64,000 bases of DNA from Mesotaenium endlicherianum (GCA_009602735.1 WELA01003352.1:297185-361184); one strand, 5' to 3'; positions 48,306 to 64,000 are shown, counted from the first letter of the stretch. Translations and numbers: made by a program. The notes: a model not told the origin generated them from the sequence alone.

Positions 48306-49865
48306 ATGGAGGATCTAGGGGACGACATTCTGGGGGTCATCTTGCAGCTGGCGGCTCCCTGCAGGTCAGAGGTGGCTGACAAGGACATCATCAGCGCTTA
48401 TATTGACCTGGATAAGGACCCTAAGTGCATTCACATGGGTCGCGTTCGCATTCACAGGAGCGTGTGCCAACAATGGAGCCGGCTCCTCTGCAGCAGCTTC
48501 CAGTGCGTCCTCATGGAGCGCCACCTCAAAGATGCGGGTTCCGCCCTCGCCACGCTGCGCACTTACAAGAGCATGACACATGTACGCCTCGGGGGTCCTG
48601 AGTGCCGGCTGGAGAGGACAGCTGGCGGTGGCGAGCTCCTGAGGGGGCTGGCTGAGGGGTTTCCCCTCCTCACCTCCCTTGACGTGGAAATTTCACCTGG
48701 GTGGGAGCTTCTGCCAGACCTCGCGCACTTACTCTTTCACAGGACCAGCTTGAGGGAGTTACGGCTCAGGTTCGCCGACCAGCCATGGGAAGTAGCTGAC
48801 CATCAATGGGTAATGGACAAAGACCCTCCATATTTTGCCACCTGGCGGGACTACCACGCCTTGCTGGCAGGCCTGGATTTCGGGGGTCTAGTGCATTTGA
48901 GGAACCTCTCACTGGACTTCAGGGGGCTCTACTTCCCGACAGAGGCAGAAAGTAAACGCGATGGGCCTCCCCCCAGCTTGCCCGTGAGTACCACGCTTGC
49001 GCAGCTCCCTGGGCTGTCGAGCCTCCACGTGACTGTTCCCAATGCAGGCCAGGTGGCGCGGCTGCCGCCTTGGCTGGGGGATCTGCGCTCCTTTTCAAGC
49101 TTAAGCATCAGCTGCGGCCGCTGGGACCACCCCTCCCCACAGCTCCTGCCCTCCCTGGCAAACATGTGCTCGCTGCAAGAGCTTCGGCTCTGCCTGGAAT
49201 CGCCAATTGGCAGCCCCGAACTCCGCCTCATCGCACGCTTGCAGTCCCTGACTTCACTAAGTCTGGCGTACGCTCGCACCGGCCGGGTGGACGATGACCT
49301 GGCGCAGGAGGCGATCTTCAATCCGCGCCTGAGGAGGCTGCTGGTGCATTGCGACGAGCTCCCGGCAGTGCTGAGGGCGCGCATGCCGCTGCTAGAGGAG
49401 CTTGCGCTTGCCGTGAGCGGGCAGGGCGCGCAATTCCAGCACGACCTCTTTGCGTTCACACCCGCACTGCGCTCGCTTGACCTGCGCCTGAGCGACACCC
49501 CTGCCTGGCCGGATCTCGGCGTGGCCCTTCTCACAGGGCTCACGTCTCTGAGCCTGATGTGCTCGTCGAGCGGCAGAAGGAGTGCCTCCGATGTAAGCCG
49601 TCTGAGCAGCACCCTCCAGGAGCTCAAAATCGGCAACTGCAGGCTGCTGGAGCGCACGCCTGGGGTTTTTGGTCTCGGTTCTGCGACAGTCGTCACCTTG
49701 CTCTGCTCCTGCCGGTCCCTGAACTTCCGGTTTGATAGCTTTGCAGAATACACCAGACGGAATTGCTGTAAGTGGCTGTTGGGTGGCCGCGCTAGGCAGC
49801 TGTTCATGACACGCGGCGTGCGAGATAGATATGCTAATTGCACTCTGCTCGAGGCTGCTTGCTAA
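48306..49865 (+). CDS. F-box/LRR paralogue 5 (intronless)
   Basis: 519-aa ORF; MEDLGDDILGVILQ...HRSVCQQWSRLL; LRRs; Cys-rich C-terminus. Confidence 0.8.
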   Translation: MEDLGDDILGVILQLAAPCRSEVADKDIISAYIDLDKDPKCIHMGRVRIHRSVCQQWSRLLCSSFQCVLMERHLKDAGSALATLRTYKSMTHVRLGGPECRLERTAGGGELLRGLAEGFPLLTSLDVEISPGWELLPDLAHLLFHRTSLRELRLRFADQPWEVADHQWVMDKDPPYFATWRDYHALLAGLDFGGLVHLRNLSLDFRGLYFPTEAESKRDGPPPSLPVSTTLAQLPGLSSLHVTVPNAGQVARLPPWLGDLRSFSSLSISCGRWDHPSPQLLPSLANMCSLQELRLCLESPIGSPELRLIARLQSLTSLSLAYARTGRVDDDLAQEAIFNPRLRRLLVHCDELPAVLRARMPLLEELALAVSGQGAQFQHDLFAFTPALRSLDLRLSDTPAWPDLGVALLTGLTSLSLMCSSSGRRSASDVSRLSSTLQELKIGNCRLLERTPGVFGLGSATVVTLLCSCRSLNFRFDSFAEYTRRNCCKWLLGGRARQLFMTRGVRDRYANCTLLEAAC

Positions 49866-50716
49866 GCTGCTTATACCACACGCCACAAACTTTGTGTCTT
49901 GAAGACCCTGGTAAGGGAAGGTGTCTTGAATTTGTCCCTAGTTCTTAGAAGTGAAGTTGAAGATTACAAGGAGCTAATCATGTACATCAGTAGTGTGCAC
50001 CTTGGCGACCTCAGTGAGGCGCTTGATGAAATGCACGCATGTAATTGCTGCGCATGCAGTTTCAATCATTACAGTAAAAGTGCAGAGCTGTTCCTGTGTC
50101 AATCGATGTGTGAGTGGGTACTGTGAGTTGGCAGTTGCTGCTTCACAGGAGCTAGTGCTTGTTATGTCATGAAACACATCAGTTCTTCTGTAGAATGTAG
50201 CTAGACATGCACGTGAACGACAGAGTAAGCACCGGTGATATTGCGCATTCTAGCGCAATGCACTAACAAAAATTGGTTCTCTGAGAGGTTGTTCTCAGCC
50301 TCTGCATGGGGTGAGAAGCTTATGATCATGGCGCAACTCATGTCTCGTGCAAGTTTCATTAATTAATAGAATGTGAGATTGATAATATAATAGCTATTAT
50401 CAGAATATGCCTACAACTTGGGCCTCACTAGAAGTTTGTTGATTGGTACAACCTGCAAATAAAAACATGTACTAGGTACATGAGACTCCATACTTACATT
50501 GCTTCTCATTATCATAGCCACCTTTTCCAAGCAATAAATATATTTCACCATCTGCAACTTTGATACGTCGATGCAGCAAACGCATGAAGTGTGTGAACTG
50601 CATGCATACACTCCATCCCAGGATTGAACACCAATGAGATTTTTTGCGCATTATTTGAACATATTTAACTTTCTTCCCACTAAAGCATATGCTAGCATGC
50701 AGGCAAGATGCGCTAC

Positions 50717-54225
<3,509 letters not shown>

Positions 54226-55014
54226 TTTGTCACCGGCTGGTGTTGAAGATGATTTGCTGATTAAGCTTTCAGAGTGGTTTCAGATATGGCGCGTTGAGTA
54301 TAAATCAGCTGATCAGTATACACCTTTAGTGTCGTAATTGGATACGCATGGAAATGCTTTTGCTGCCAATCAAGTCCTTCGCAAGCGAATCACAGATAAA
54401 TTCCAGAAGATCGAAGTCAAAACTATCCACCCGAGTGAAGTTCGAGAAGACCAGCTTGCGACTTGTCAAAACTGGGCTGCTGCGCTTCTGACAGGTCTAT
54501 CTTACCAGGATATCCTCATTTAACCATGCCTGTCTAGCTCAGGCTGAGCTCAGGTCTCGCGTGCAATATAATTCACATCCGTATATACAGACAAGGCAAT
54601 AAAAAATTGTACTTTGAAGTATCAGTATTCACGTAAACGTAGCTCCTGGCAGATTCACAAAGTTGCCGAATGCGCGTGCGAGTGAAACGTTAAAGCAGGT
54701 CGACAACGCCAGTGCACCGACATGCGCTCAAGCGCGTGAGCACAAATCTCCTGGCGACTGAACAACTGCAGTTCAGAAGGCTGCGCCTGAGTCAACAATG
54801 AGTGTAAAAAGCAAGGAGGAGAAGTTGGAATACAATAGAAGAATAGCTACGGTGGATTTAACTCCTTGCACAGTTAAAAGGTTGTGGCGATGTCATGAAA
54901 TATTGCGCAACAACCTAAGTCAAGCTTCAAGTGTGCAAAGCCAACTTTTGAGTGTGTGAAATCAACCCTAAGTTGACCAAAACCCTCACATTGAACTCCA
55001 GTTTGCACACGGTC

Positions 55015-56026
55015 TATTTATTCTTTTGCGTAAGTTTACATCATTTCCCTTGATGACTGAGACAGCTACAAGGTCACACCTTCTGGATAAAGCGTCTGCA
55101 GGGTTGATCTTCCCAGGTAAGTACTCAACCTTGTGGTCGAACTGTTGCAGAAACTTCATCCACCTTGCCTGTCTTGGTGTCAACATTGGCTGCGTCATAA
55201 ATTTCTCCAAGCTCCTGTGGTCGGTCTTGATGAACACCTTCCGGCCGTCCACATAACATTGCCAAATCCTCAAAGCCCGGATGATAGCCAACATCTCCCG
55301 CTCGTGTGCTCCATCTGCTCAGCAGGACTCAACTTCTTGCTCTCATATGCCACAGGCTGCAATCCTTTGCCCTAGTTCTAGAGAAGAATGGCTCCCACTG
55401 CAAAGTTTGAAGCGTCCGTGATGATGGTGAAAGGAAGCTCTGGACTTGCAATTGCCAACACAGGTGCCTGTGTTAACAGCTCCTTAATCTTCTCAAAAGC
55501 TTGTTGCTCCTTGTCACCCTATAGGCACTTCTCCTGCTTCTTTAACATGTCCGCGAGCGGTGCACACACCTTGGCAAATCCTTCAATGAAACGTTGACAA
55601 TAATTCGCCATGCCGAGGAAAAACTTGAGTTGATGAATATCAGCAAGTACCGGCCAATCTCTTACTGCTTGCACCTTCTTCTGCTCCACCTTGACTCCTT
55701 CAGCTCCCACTATATGTCCAAGAAACTCGACTTCCTTGAGACAGAAGTCGCACTCGCTCATCTTCCCATACAGCTTCTGATCTCTCAAGACCTCCAACAA
55801 CTTCCTCAGATGCTCCACATGCTCTTCCAAGGTCTTCGAATAGATCAGGATGTCGTCCAAAAATACCACCACAAACTGGTCCAAATAGGTTCTGAAGATA
55901 CTATTCATGAGTGCCATGAATGTAGCACGTGCATTAGTCAGCCCAAAAAGCATGACTGTAAACTCGAATAAGCCATAGCGAGTCGTGAAAGCAGTCTTTT
56001 GAACATCTCCTTCCGCAATTCGTATA
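55015..56026 (-). mobile_element. Decayed Ty3/Gypsy pol fragment (RT C-part plus RNase H)
   Basis: RIAEGDVQKTAFTTRYG..FGLTNA..FLDDILIYS; TDASNFAVGAIL; TDHRSL; NPADALSR. Contains stops and frameshifts, is truncated at both ends, and no integrase or LTR was seen. Confidence 0.92.
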
Positions 56027-56844
56027 ACGATCCGAGCTATTTTAGGCGCATTTGGGACGTTTTCCCAATGACCTAAAGTACGTTATACTATTTATCATAT
56101 TATTTGATAAATGATTGCATCATATTTAATTATTCGCCACACGCGTGTGTCGATTAATTCCTGGTCGATTGGCGAAACGACCGAGATACTATTGCAAAAA
56201 GCGTCGTAACGTAACTCAACTACTTCGCAAAAGTACAACATAATTATTCATAAAGTTACTTTGATTAATTATGAGATGATAACTCTAATAAATCACTGAT
56301 TGATGAAGCAAATTTGATTGCCATTATTTCGGACAATGCACAGTCACAGATTTCGCATTTACAACTAGTCGTTAATGCGAAGAAACAGTCGTAAAAGTCA
56401 AACAACACATAATATGCAAAGCAACTTTGCATCCGAGCGGATTCCAACCCGCGACCTGTCGCTTGAAACGTTCACACCTAATCGATTGGCGAAGTAGTTT
56501 TCATAACTACCGGTTCATGACCCCAGCAACTTCACCCTGACGGTGACATGGGGCAAATTTCATCGACAATCTGAAATGGAAATATACACGAGTCGGATCG
56601 GCCGCCGGGCGTCGACGGCAAATTTGAGCGAACGGAAGCAAAGATTTTACTATTCTATTAATTTCCTCACGTTCGTTTTGGCCAAATTTTGGAGGATTTG
56701 TATCTGACAACAGCCGGTTACACTTTCATGTCCGTCGTTGCTGGTGTACCTTAGTCAAGCTTCACGAGTTGAATCGATCCGACGGGCGCGAAATGGAGTG
56801 CCGTCGGGGACCCTCAGTTCTGGCGTATTCTGACAGCTCGTCGA

Positions 56845-58350
56845 TCATGTCAGCATCACGTCGTCCGCTGGTACTTTATTTGTTATTGCCTCACATGTTC
56901 TATCCGCGTGCACGTGAGCACAACCCCATCCGGCCTGGCCCGTTGTGTCCACATCCAGGTTTGCTCGCAATGTTTTGTCCTTGTCTCCAGCGAATGGTAC
57001 ACATTTGACATGCTTTGAATTTGTTTCTACCGTGCACAGACTGCGGAAATAGTTTGCCGATAGCTGGTCACATGTTGGTTTCAAACCTCTCTGTGCAATA
57101 TCGTCGACCTTTGCACCGTTTTCGATCAAGGTCTTCCAGAGTGTCGTATTAGTGATCAGATGCCAGGCCATCTCTTCCCTTTTTGCATCGGATAACTTGG
57201 ATTGGGCTTCGTCGAGTGCGTACTCTGGAAGCTTCAAGAGCGCACTAATCTTGGAGGTGATCAGCACCCTGTTGTTCCTCCACTTAGTAGTCAACAACTG
57301 CAAGCTCGAAACAAACAAGCTGCGGTGAGATGGATGAGATAGTAATAGGCTTAGGTGCATTCACGGAAATGAATTGCTTGGAAGGATGGGTTCCTCATTA
57401 GTTTGAGAGGATGACATTCACGTCCTGGATCTCCTTGTGTAGCTGCGCTCCTACCGAATGCTGCTTGAACCACATAGAAAGGTCTGGAATGAGACGCTTC
57501 TTTCCCGCCGTCCAATCGTCCACTACCTTGGTTGTTCTCTCGTCTCTTAGTACCATCATCCTTTGGATGACCTCCACTGCCTGAAGATCTATAGCGTTTT
57601 TGTCGAGCTCGATGTCCACCCATGCACATGCGCTGGTCCGCTTCGGTTTGAATACTTTCGCACAGCTGTCTGCCTGCACAAATCGGAAGAAAGTTAGGAA
57701 TTTGTGACCATCACTGTGGAAACTCAAGTCTGACCCAACATAGCAAAATCGAAACATTGCAGACTTACCATATTATTTTTCTTAGGCCCAAGAGGTGTCC
57801 TGGGAGGCCTCTTCGGGACCCCACTTCCGTGGTTGATATCCTCTGCAATATTAAATATAGCGGTGCACATGTGCATCATTATCTTGTAATTCCTATCACT
57901 TTTTGCATTAATAACAACGAATTCACCCTTCCTCGGCATTTCTTCATCGTCATTAGCAACCTCATGATCTGCCACCATGTTTCTTAAGACGCCCAGCACG
58001 ATGTCATTCTTGCTCTTCTCAGGTAGCGGCGATGTCAACTCTGCTGTTCCCTCATCCTCCTCGGGAGAACTGCTAGTGGTAATGACCGGTTCCGGCCTTG
58101 GCAATGGCCCCACTGCGGTGCAAACAGTGTTGGCCTTCAAGTCTTTGTGAAGAAAGTGAAGACTATCGCCTAAGTTGATAGCCTGAACCAACATATGCTG
58201 ATCCTTAACGCTCATCTTGGGGTGAGTCTTTCTCCTCTTCTTCACACTACCTTCCTCTTTCACAGGCCGCTGGTATTTGTGGCCGTATACCTCGATTAGT
58301 GATCTAACTACCTTTCTCGAGCCCGTTTCTTTGCTTCCCGAGTGTAATGA
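56845..58350 (-). CDS. Spliced gene of unknown function inside the putative Helitron (possibly decaying)
   Basis: Open exons ~58350-57769, 57673-57422, 57297-57031 and probably ~56934-56845, joined by ~95-125-nt phase-0 GT-AG introns. Basic NLS-like KKRRK. No start ATG found. Confidence 0.6.
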
Positions 58351-58489
58351 ATCAGTTCATTATTTATTTAATTAATTGCATGTATAAATATAACACTAAA
58401 TAAGTATTATGTCAGTATACTCGCATGTGCGAGTTCATCTAAGTGAATGAATGTCGATATAATGCGAGTTTACTTACTTTGTCAAAAAT

Positions 58490-58581
58490 GTCAGCAGGAT
58501 GACTTTTGTATCACAGTGTAGTTTGCTGACTTGTTGAGAAGGTCAGCAAGATGACTTTTGTATCATAGTATAGTTTGCTGA
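58490..58581. repeat. Two 40-bp direct repeats, each with self-complementary ends
   Basis: gtcagcaggatgacttttgtatcacagtgtagtttgctga and gtcagcaagatgacttttgtatcatagtatagtttgctga. Confidence 0.85.
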
Positions 58582-61548
58582 GATTTGCATATCAGTTATA
58601 TATAGGATGTAATATCAATAGGTTGACATATAGTAAGCTCTCCTCATATTAGTTAGTATACTTAGCTTCAGTACGCTGAGGATAGATACATTCATTTAGA
58701 TTATTATTTGTAGATTGGCACATGTGACCGCAGTATACTGAAAGTCGGAAGGTCGACGGAGATTTGGTGAACCGATGTTCTACCAGTGTGGTTAACTCCT
58801 GGGTGGGCGGAGCCGTTGTCAGTCAACTGAACAATTAGGACTTCAGTCAACCGACCAATTAATATGGTCGTTACACCTAGATCCGGGGGTCCCAACTTAA
58901 CAGGTTTCCCACAAAACGGCGCACCTTGCGCCGTGGTCAACCAGGTGGTCACTAGGTACATAGCAGGCTGGGATCTCGTGGTCCCTCATTCTGGACAGTA
59001 GGCTTTACAGTCGGATTTCTACTTGCAAGTCATGTGTGCACTTTTGGGTTCGTTCTAATGACCAGCCTTCACGGAAATTAACATGGTTGCTTCGTCTACG
59101 CTCCAAATGGGATGAACTATGACTTTTCGGAAAGTTCTTGTCAAGATGCATCCGTTGCCGTTCAGTTTGCTCAACTTGGAGTAGTATTGGCAGAGTTATG
59201 CCCTCTGACATTTCGGGGTCACACAGCGGACAGATTCCATGGTTTTGCACCTAAGTCAGTGGGATGTGTTTTAGCTACAGAAGGTCATCTGAATGAGAGC
59301 GCCTTTGCTATTCAGTCCCCTGATGTTGTACATGTGCTATACATGCTTGCATGCCTGGTAGGCAAGAGGCCATGAGTTTCTGAAGGAGAAGCTCTAGTCC
59401 TCAAGCTCGCCTCTTTCTTGTGCCTTGTATTCGCGTGCAACTATGGCACACTACGATGAGTGAATCAAGGGTTATAGATGAGTAAACGGAATTCATTATA
59501 AGGGCGAAGATCGCTCCCTGACTTCACACGCTTCCACCTATCTCTGATCTTTTATATTTAAATGAAATATATTGATCTTGAATAAGCAAGATTCATTTCA
59601 CCGAGGAGGTTGCGTTCTCCTTATACTACTCCCACAATCCATTGTCCTCCACCCGGGTTCATAAGTCGCCCATCATCCCTGTCATGCCCTACATTTTGGC
59701 CAAAAAAATGGAAGGAGAATTTTGAGATGGCGAACTTCAGAGGCAGTGTTCAACTTTCAAACCTAATTTGTTACGTGTAGGTGCAGTGACCTGTAGGCGC
59801 AAACACGAGTGGCACCTAGGAGGTGATTTAATTGCAAATTTAGTGAAGTAAAACTACAAATGAAATTGGCCAACGACTGGCCGAGACCCGCCAAAACATT
59901 GCATCATTTGGCGGTTATGTCTATGCCAATTACGGTATTATGTTGTCATTCTCTTCCGCGATGTAGGGCGTGTGCCCGACCCGATAATCCGGTCAATCGA
60001 AGTCTGGAGGTACACGGAGTCCATTTTTGCTCGCGCTTGGTTGGTTGTTGCACTGAGGGCGGACGTGGTTGAACGCCTCTTGTCACCTTCGACATCACAT
60101 ACAACGTCCGATCACGTCCAATCGTCAAACCCGACCTCCTGTAACCTGGAAACAGGGTACGTGGCCGACGTGGACCACCGTGGACTGTGGCATACCTACA
60201 ACCTCGTCCCTGTCCTTCGATACCCTCCCGAGAAAAAACGCACATGCAGAGCCATGCGGAGCCTGGCTTCATGCTAGTGGCTCATGTGATAATTCGTACA
60301 CGAGGCGCATCATCTTTTGTGTGATTATTATGATTGTTAAAACAGGATATATGTATACATGTTTAAAACGCCACGAGTATATATATCAAATGAAGGATTT
60401 TAATGCGTATATTAGCATCAATATGAAGAATTTCTTTAATGATACATATTTTAACACTAGGCTTGCATTGCATGCTCATGTTCATGGAGGTTGCTAGAAT
60501 CATGCTGGTGAATAAAGTGGCATCCAACAAATTAAAGTACTAGCTGCAGAATGCCACACGAGAATTTCTGCTGGCCAACGCACTGACCATTGCACTGTCA
60601 TATAATTGCCATCAATACAATAATGAACAAACTTGCCCGCTTCTAATGCCTTGCTGGGTCGTGCATACACAATCATTTTCTCACATAATATTTTATAGGT
60701 ATATTGTGTTGGCATGAGGATATACAAGACTGCAAATATGAAGGTGAAAACAAGGAGAGCGCCAAGATATTTTAGAAGCGAAACAAGAAGCAGCTCAGTC
60801 GCAACTCAGTTGACTCCATTGAGTTGCACACAGGCGCGAAAGATAGATATCACTACAAATAAATATATAGCACCCACTTTAGATGTTCATTTTGTGGCCT
60901 ATGCGCGGTGCATGTGGTGTGTGAGCATGCACTTGACTCCGGGCTTTCCTCATATTGCAAAAGTCCACTTTTCTCACACTCATCTCTCGACATACCTCTG
61001 CCTGACTACAACGCGCTTGTGGTACACTTCGAGACCAAATCTCATGCAGCTCTCCCTCCTCTCGTCTAGGCTACCGCAATGATTGCAATTCAACAATATG
61101 TTCCAAGTGAACCCATCTCTTATCACTGACACAAAAGTGCTGCCGAGTATGGACTTGTAAGTAGAAAAGCAACGCAGTGATCCATTTTGCGTAACAAAAG
61201 GGAGTCCCTCGCGGCCAGATCTTGACCAGGCCCAAAAGCAGCCCTAATCTTGAGAGCTGACCAGGCAAGACAAACACAGTATCCTATGTGGTGTGGGCAT
61301 GGCAGAGACATATGCCGCAAGTCACGCAAACAACATATCTCACACACAAAAACGCACACGCGTACCGTTGACAACTGAAAAGGAGGAAGGTATTGATGAG
61401 TGAGGGTGTCAGCTGCGTGCTCGAGAGCACGCGCGACCCACAAGCACCAAAAAGTATATTTACAACATGTACAACATTCTGCCCAAGCAGGGCCAAATCT
61501 CTCCCAGCGCTCAATCCCGGGAATGAACCAGCTGCCTTGCCTCTGGAT

Positions 61549-62954
61549 TCACACAACTGCAACCACCTGCTCCTCCTCCTCCTGCCGCCGCTGTCGCTGC
61601 TGCTGTCCTGACTCTTGCTCACTAATACCATCTGCAATATCAGCAGCCAAACCTGAGCCAGCACCCACACTCTCCTCCAATGGTAGTGAGGCGAGGCCCC
61701 TCGCATGGTTCTCGGGAAGGTGCGCATTGTCATCGTCGGCTGACGCGCTGGAGCTAGTGCTTGCCACGGCGAGGGCTTCCAGACGGGCGCGCTCGCGCCT
61801 CTGCGCGCTGCTATTGGACGGCCTTGCCACGTTGGCCGCCTTGTCGCGCTGTCGCCGCTGAACCTCCAGGTGGATGAGCAGCGCGCTGATGTCAGCGGGG
61901 TTCACGCCCCCGACACGTGTCGCCTGCCCGATGTTGATCGGCCGCACCTGCATCGCCGTCACCCGCCCCGGCCCCCCCGCCCCCGCCCCCGCCCCCGCAA
62001 CAACAACGCAGCCGACAAAGAAGAAAGCATGAGGCTCGGGAGCGCCAATTGAGCCGGAGCCACATGGCAGCAGCCTGTTCCTGAGGTCAGCGGCCAGCTG
62101 AGAGGGCCCTACGCCCGGAGCACGCACATGGTCTGAGAGCAAAGAGAAGGTACACCGATCACAACGCCTCCGAGAGCCTGCCACGACTCTACGACTCGGC
62201 GAGGAGGCTGATGGGCAGATGAACACACGCACCTTGGAGAGCTTCTCGCGCGCCTCCATGGAGAGCGTGGAGATGGCGTTGTAGTCGATGTGCGCGGGGA
62301 TGGGCTTGTTGTGCTTCGCCGCCGTCTGCGTGCCATTGACCCCTCCCCCCCCCAACCCCCGCCACCACCACCATCGCTCCCCAATCCTTTCATTTGCTGC
62401 GCTCGTGCTGAATGCCAACACGGCATGGCCAGCTCGCTGGCAGCGTGGCCAAAATCGCGCTGACTGCCTACACGGTGCCGTTGCGCCTACCATCCGTGAA
62501 AACAAAGATTCTTCTGGCACATGAACCCTAACCTGCAAGAGGACCTCTGAACCTGTACCCGGACGACCACTGCCAGCGAGCGATGCCAGAAAACTGCCGG
62601 GTGTGAGGAGCACAACCCAGCAGCAGCACCAGAGGTGGCCACAGCAGGGGCAGAGGCAGAGGCGGAGGCAGCAGAGCTAGGGAAGGTTTGGGCAGCCTCC
62701 GGGGGGGGGGCAGGGGGGTGACCTGACCTGCTCCAGCTGCGTGTGCTGGCGCGCGATGAAGCCCTCGTACTTGAGCTCCGTCTCCACGCACTCCTTCTCC
62801 GCGCCCGTCAGCCGCGCGTCGCTGCCCCCCCACCCGTGCGCGTCGAGCACGCTGTAGTGCACGTGCGGCCGCCGCAGCAGGCTGTCCAGCGACGTGGCCG
62901 CCTTCAGCGCCTGCTTCGACAGCTCCGCGATCTCCGCCGCCGCCGGGTCATCCA
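61549..62954 (-). CDS. gidA: GidA/MnmG tRNA uridine modification enzyme, 3' exons (gene continues upstream, probably beyond window end)
   Basis: Exons 62954-62728 (SLDSLLRRPHVHY...CVETELKYEGFIARQ), 62325-62233 (IDYNAISTLSMEAREKLSK), 61947-61549 (VRPINIGQATRVGGVNPADISALLIHL plus a low-complexity tail). Confidence 0.92.
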
Positions 62955-64000
62955 CTGGAAGGAGGGGCGATGGCGGCGGCAACGGTGCACGCGCAGCACG
63001 CACGGTGCACGCCACATGGCACGCACGGCACGCACGGCACAGCGCAACGGTATGTCAGGCAAGGGACGCGGCACGGCAGCCAGCACCGGGGCACTAAGGA
63101 AAAGAGAGTGTCAAGGTGCCGGACTAAGATTTCCACCTCCATTGCTGCCGCTGCCGCCGCCGCCGCCGCCGCGGTGGGAGCTTCCGCTGAAGGCGGCGGC
63201 GGTGCAACCGTCGACAATGGGCTGCCTGCGCTGCGCTAGGCTAGGCTACGCTGCGGGAGGATACCTACCGTATGAAAGGGCGGAGACTCCAGGGAGGTGC
63301 AAAGTTGGGGTACGGCGCTAAGGCATTCGTGCAGCACCGTCTGTGCAATTCTGGAAGCAGCACTGCAATGCTGACTGTATTCAGCATGCTACATTTGGGA
63401 TCGACTATTACTCAACATGTGGGCGCATGCAGCGCCCCCTCCCCCTCCTTCCTTCTCCCATCCCCTCTCACCTCTCCCTTCTCCCCCCCNNNNNNNNNNN
63501 NNNNNNNNNNNNNNNNNNNNNNNNNNNNNNNNNNNNNNNNNNNNNNNNNNNNNNNNNNNNNNNNNNNNNNNNNNNNNNNNNNNNNNNNNNNNNNNNNNNN
63601 NNNNNNNNNNNNNNNNNNNNNNNNNNNNNNNNNNNNNNNNNNNNNNNNNNNNNNNNNNCCCCCCCCCTCTCTCTTTTTTGTGAAGCGCAAGGGGAGCTGC
63701 ATCGACAACTGCATGAACTCTTTGTGCTGAAGGGGAGCCCCACCAAGCCCCAAGGCATTGGGGCATGCATTGGTGAACACATACTTGCACGCACGCGCAC
63801 ACACACACACGCACGCGCGCTCGTACAACTGACACCCAGACATGCACGCATATACATACATACAAGTACTGAAGACAGACATACAGAGAGACACACAGAG
63901 ATGAAGAACGCTGGCAGACAACAGCGTACCCCACTCCTTCGCTTAACTCTACCTGACGTAGAAATAGCCCTCAAGCCCGCCCCTCCCCCTTCCCACCCGA

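Larger units (their letters stand above)
56031..60277 (+). mobile_element. Putative non-autonomous Helitron-like element
   Basis: 3' hairpin AGCCATGC-GGA-GCCTGGCT (60250-60268), then TCATG-CTAG|T. Candidate A|TC start at 56030/56031 where the Gypsy sequence breaks off. The 5' end is uncertain. Confidence 0.45.

Noticed and set aside
55015..56026. RT as part of a retron or diversity-generating system acting on the F-box array
   Set aside because: It is an ordinary decayed Gypsy RT-RNase H, and no template/variable repeat pair was seen.
56428..56495. Functional tRNA gene
   Set aside because: No convincing acceptor stem or D-arm, and the B-box is mutated.
58490..58581. CRISPR-like array
   Set aside because: Only two repeats, a 12-nt spacer, no cas genes, eukaryotic context.

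Overview
Eukaryotic nuclear scaffold with GT-AG introns, microsatellites and five N-gaps at poly-G/C runs (1961-2407, 4012-4084, 25457-25887, 44082-44138, 63490-63658). The plant-type SAC9 and the land-plant exon pattern of TPI suggest a streptophyte, possibly a green alga (inference). Conserved intron-containing genes, all on the minus strand: 5' part of SAC9 phosphoinositide phosphatase, a universal stress protein, a 4-exon DUF3431-like membrane protein, 9-exon cytosolic triosephosphate isomerase, and the 3' part of GidA/MnmG. The most striking content is a dispersed array of five intronless plus-strand F-box/LRR paralogues (15-50 kb). They have hypervariable insert loops and an unfamiliar Cys-rich C-terminal motif, and are in different states of decay. 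Mobile DNA: two adjacent related 1.5-kb LTRs with 4-bp TSDs, a decayed Ty3/Gypsy RT-RNase H, and a segment with a Helitron-type 3' end that carries a spliced gene of unknown function. A UvrD/PcrA helicase exon lies antisense inside a SAC9 intron, and other exon-like patches occur in long introns. All calls were made by eye; no searches were run.
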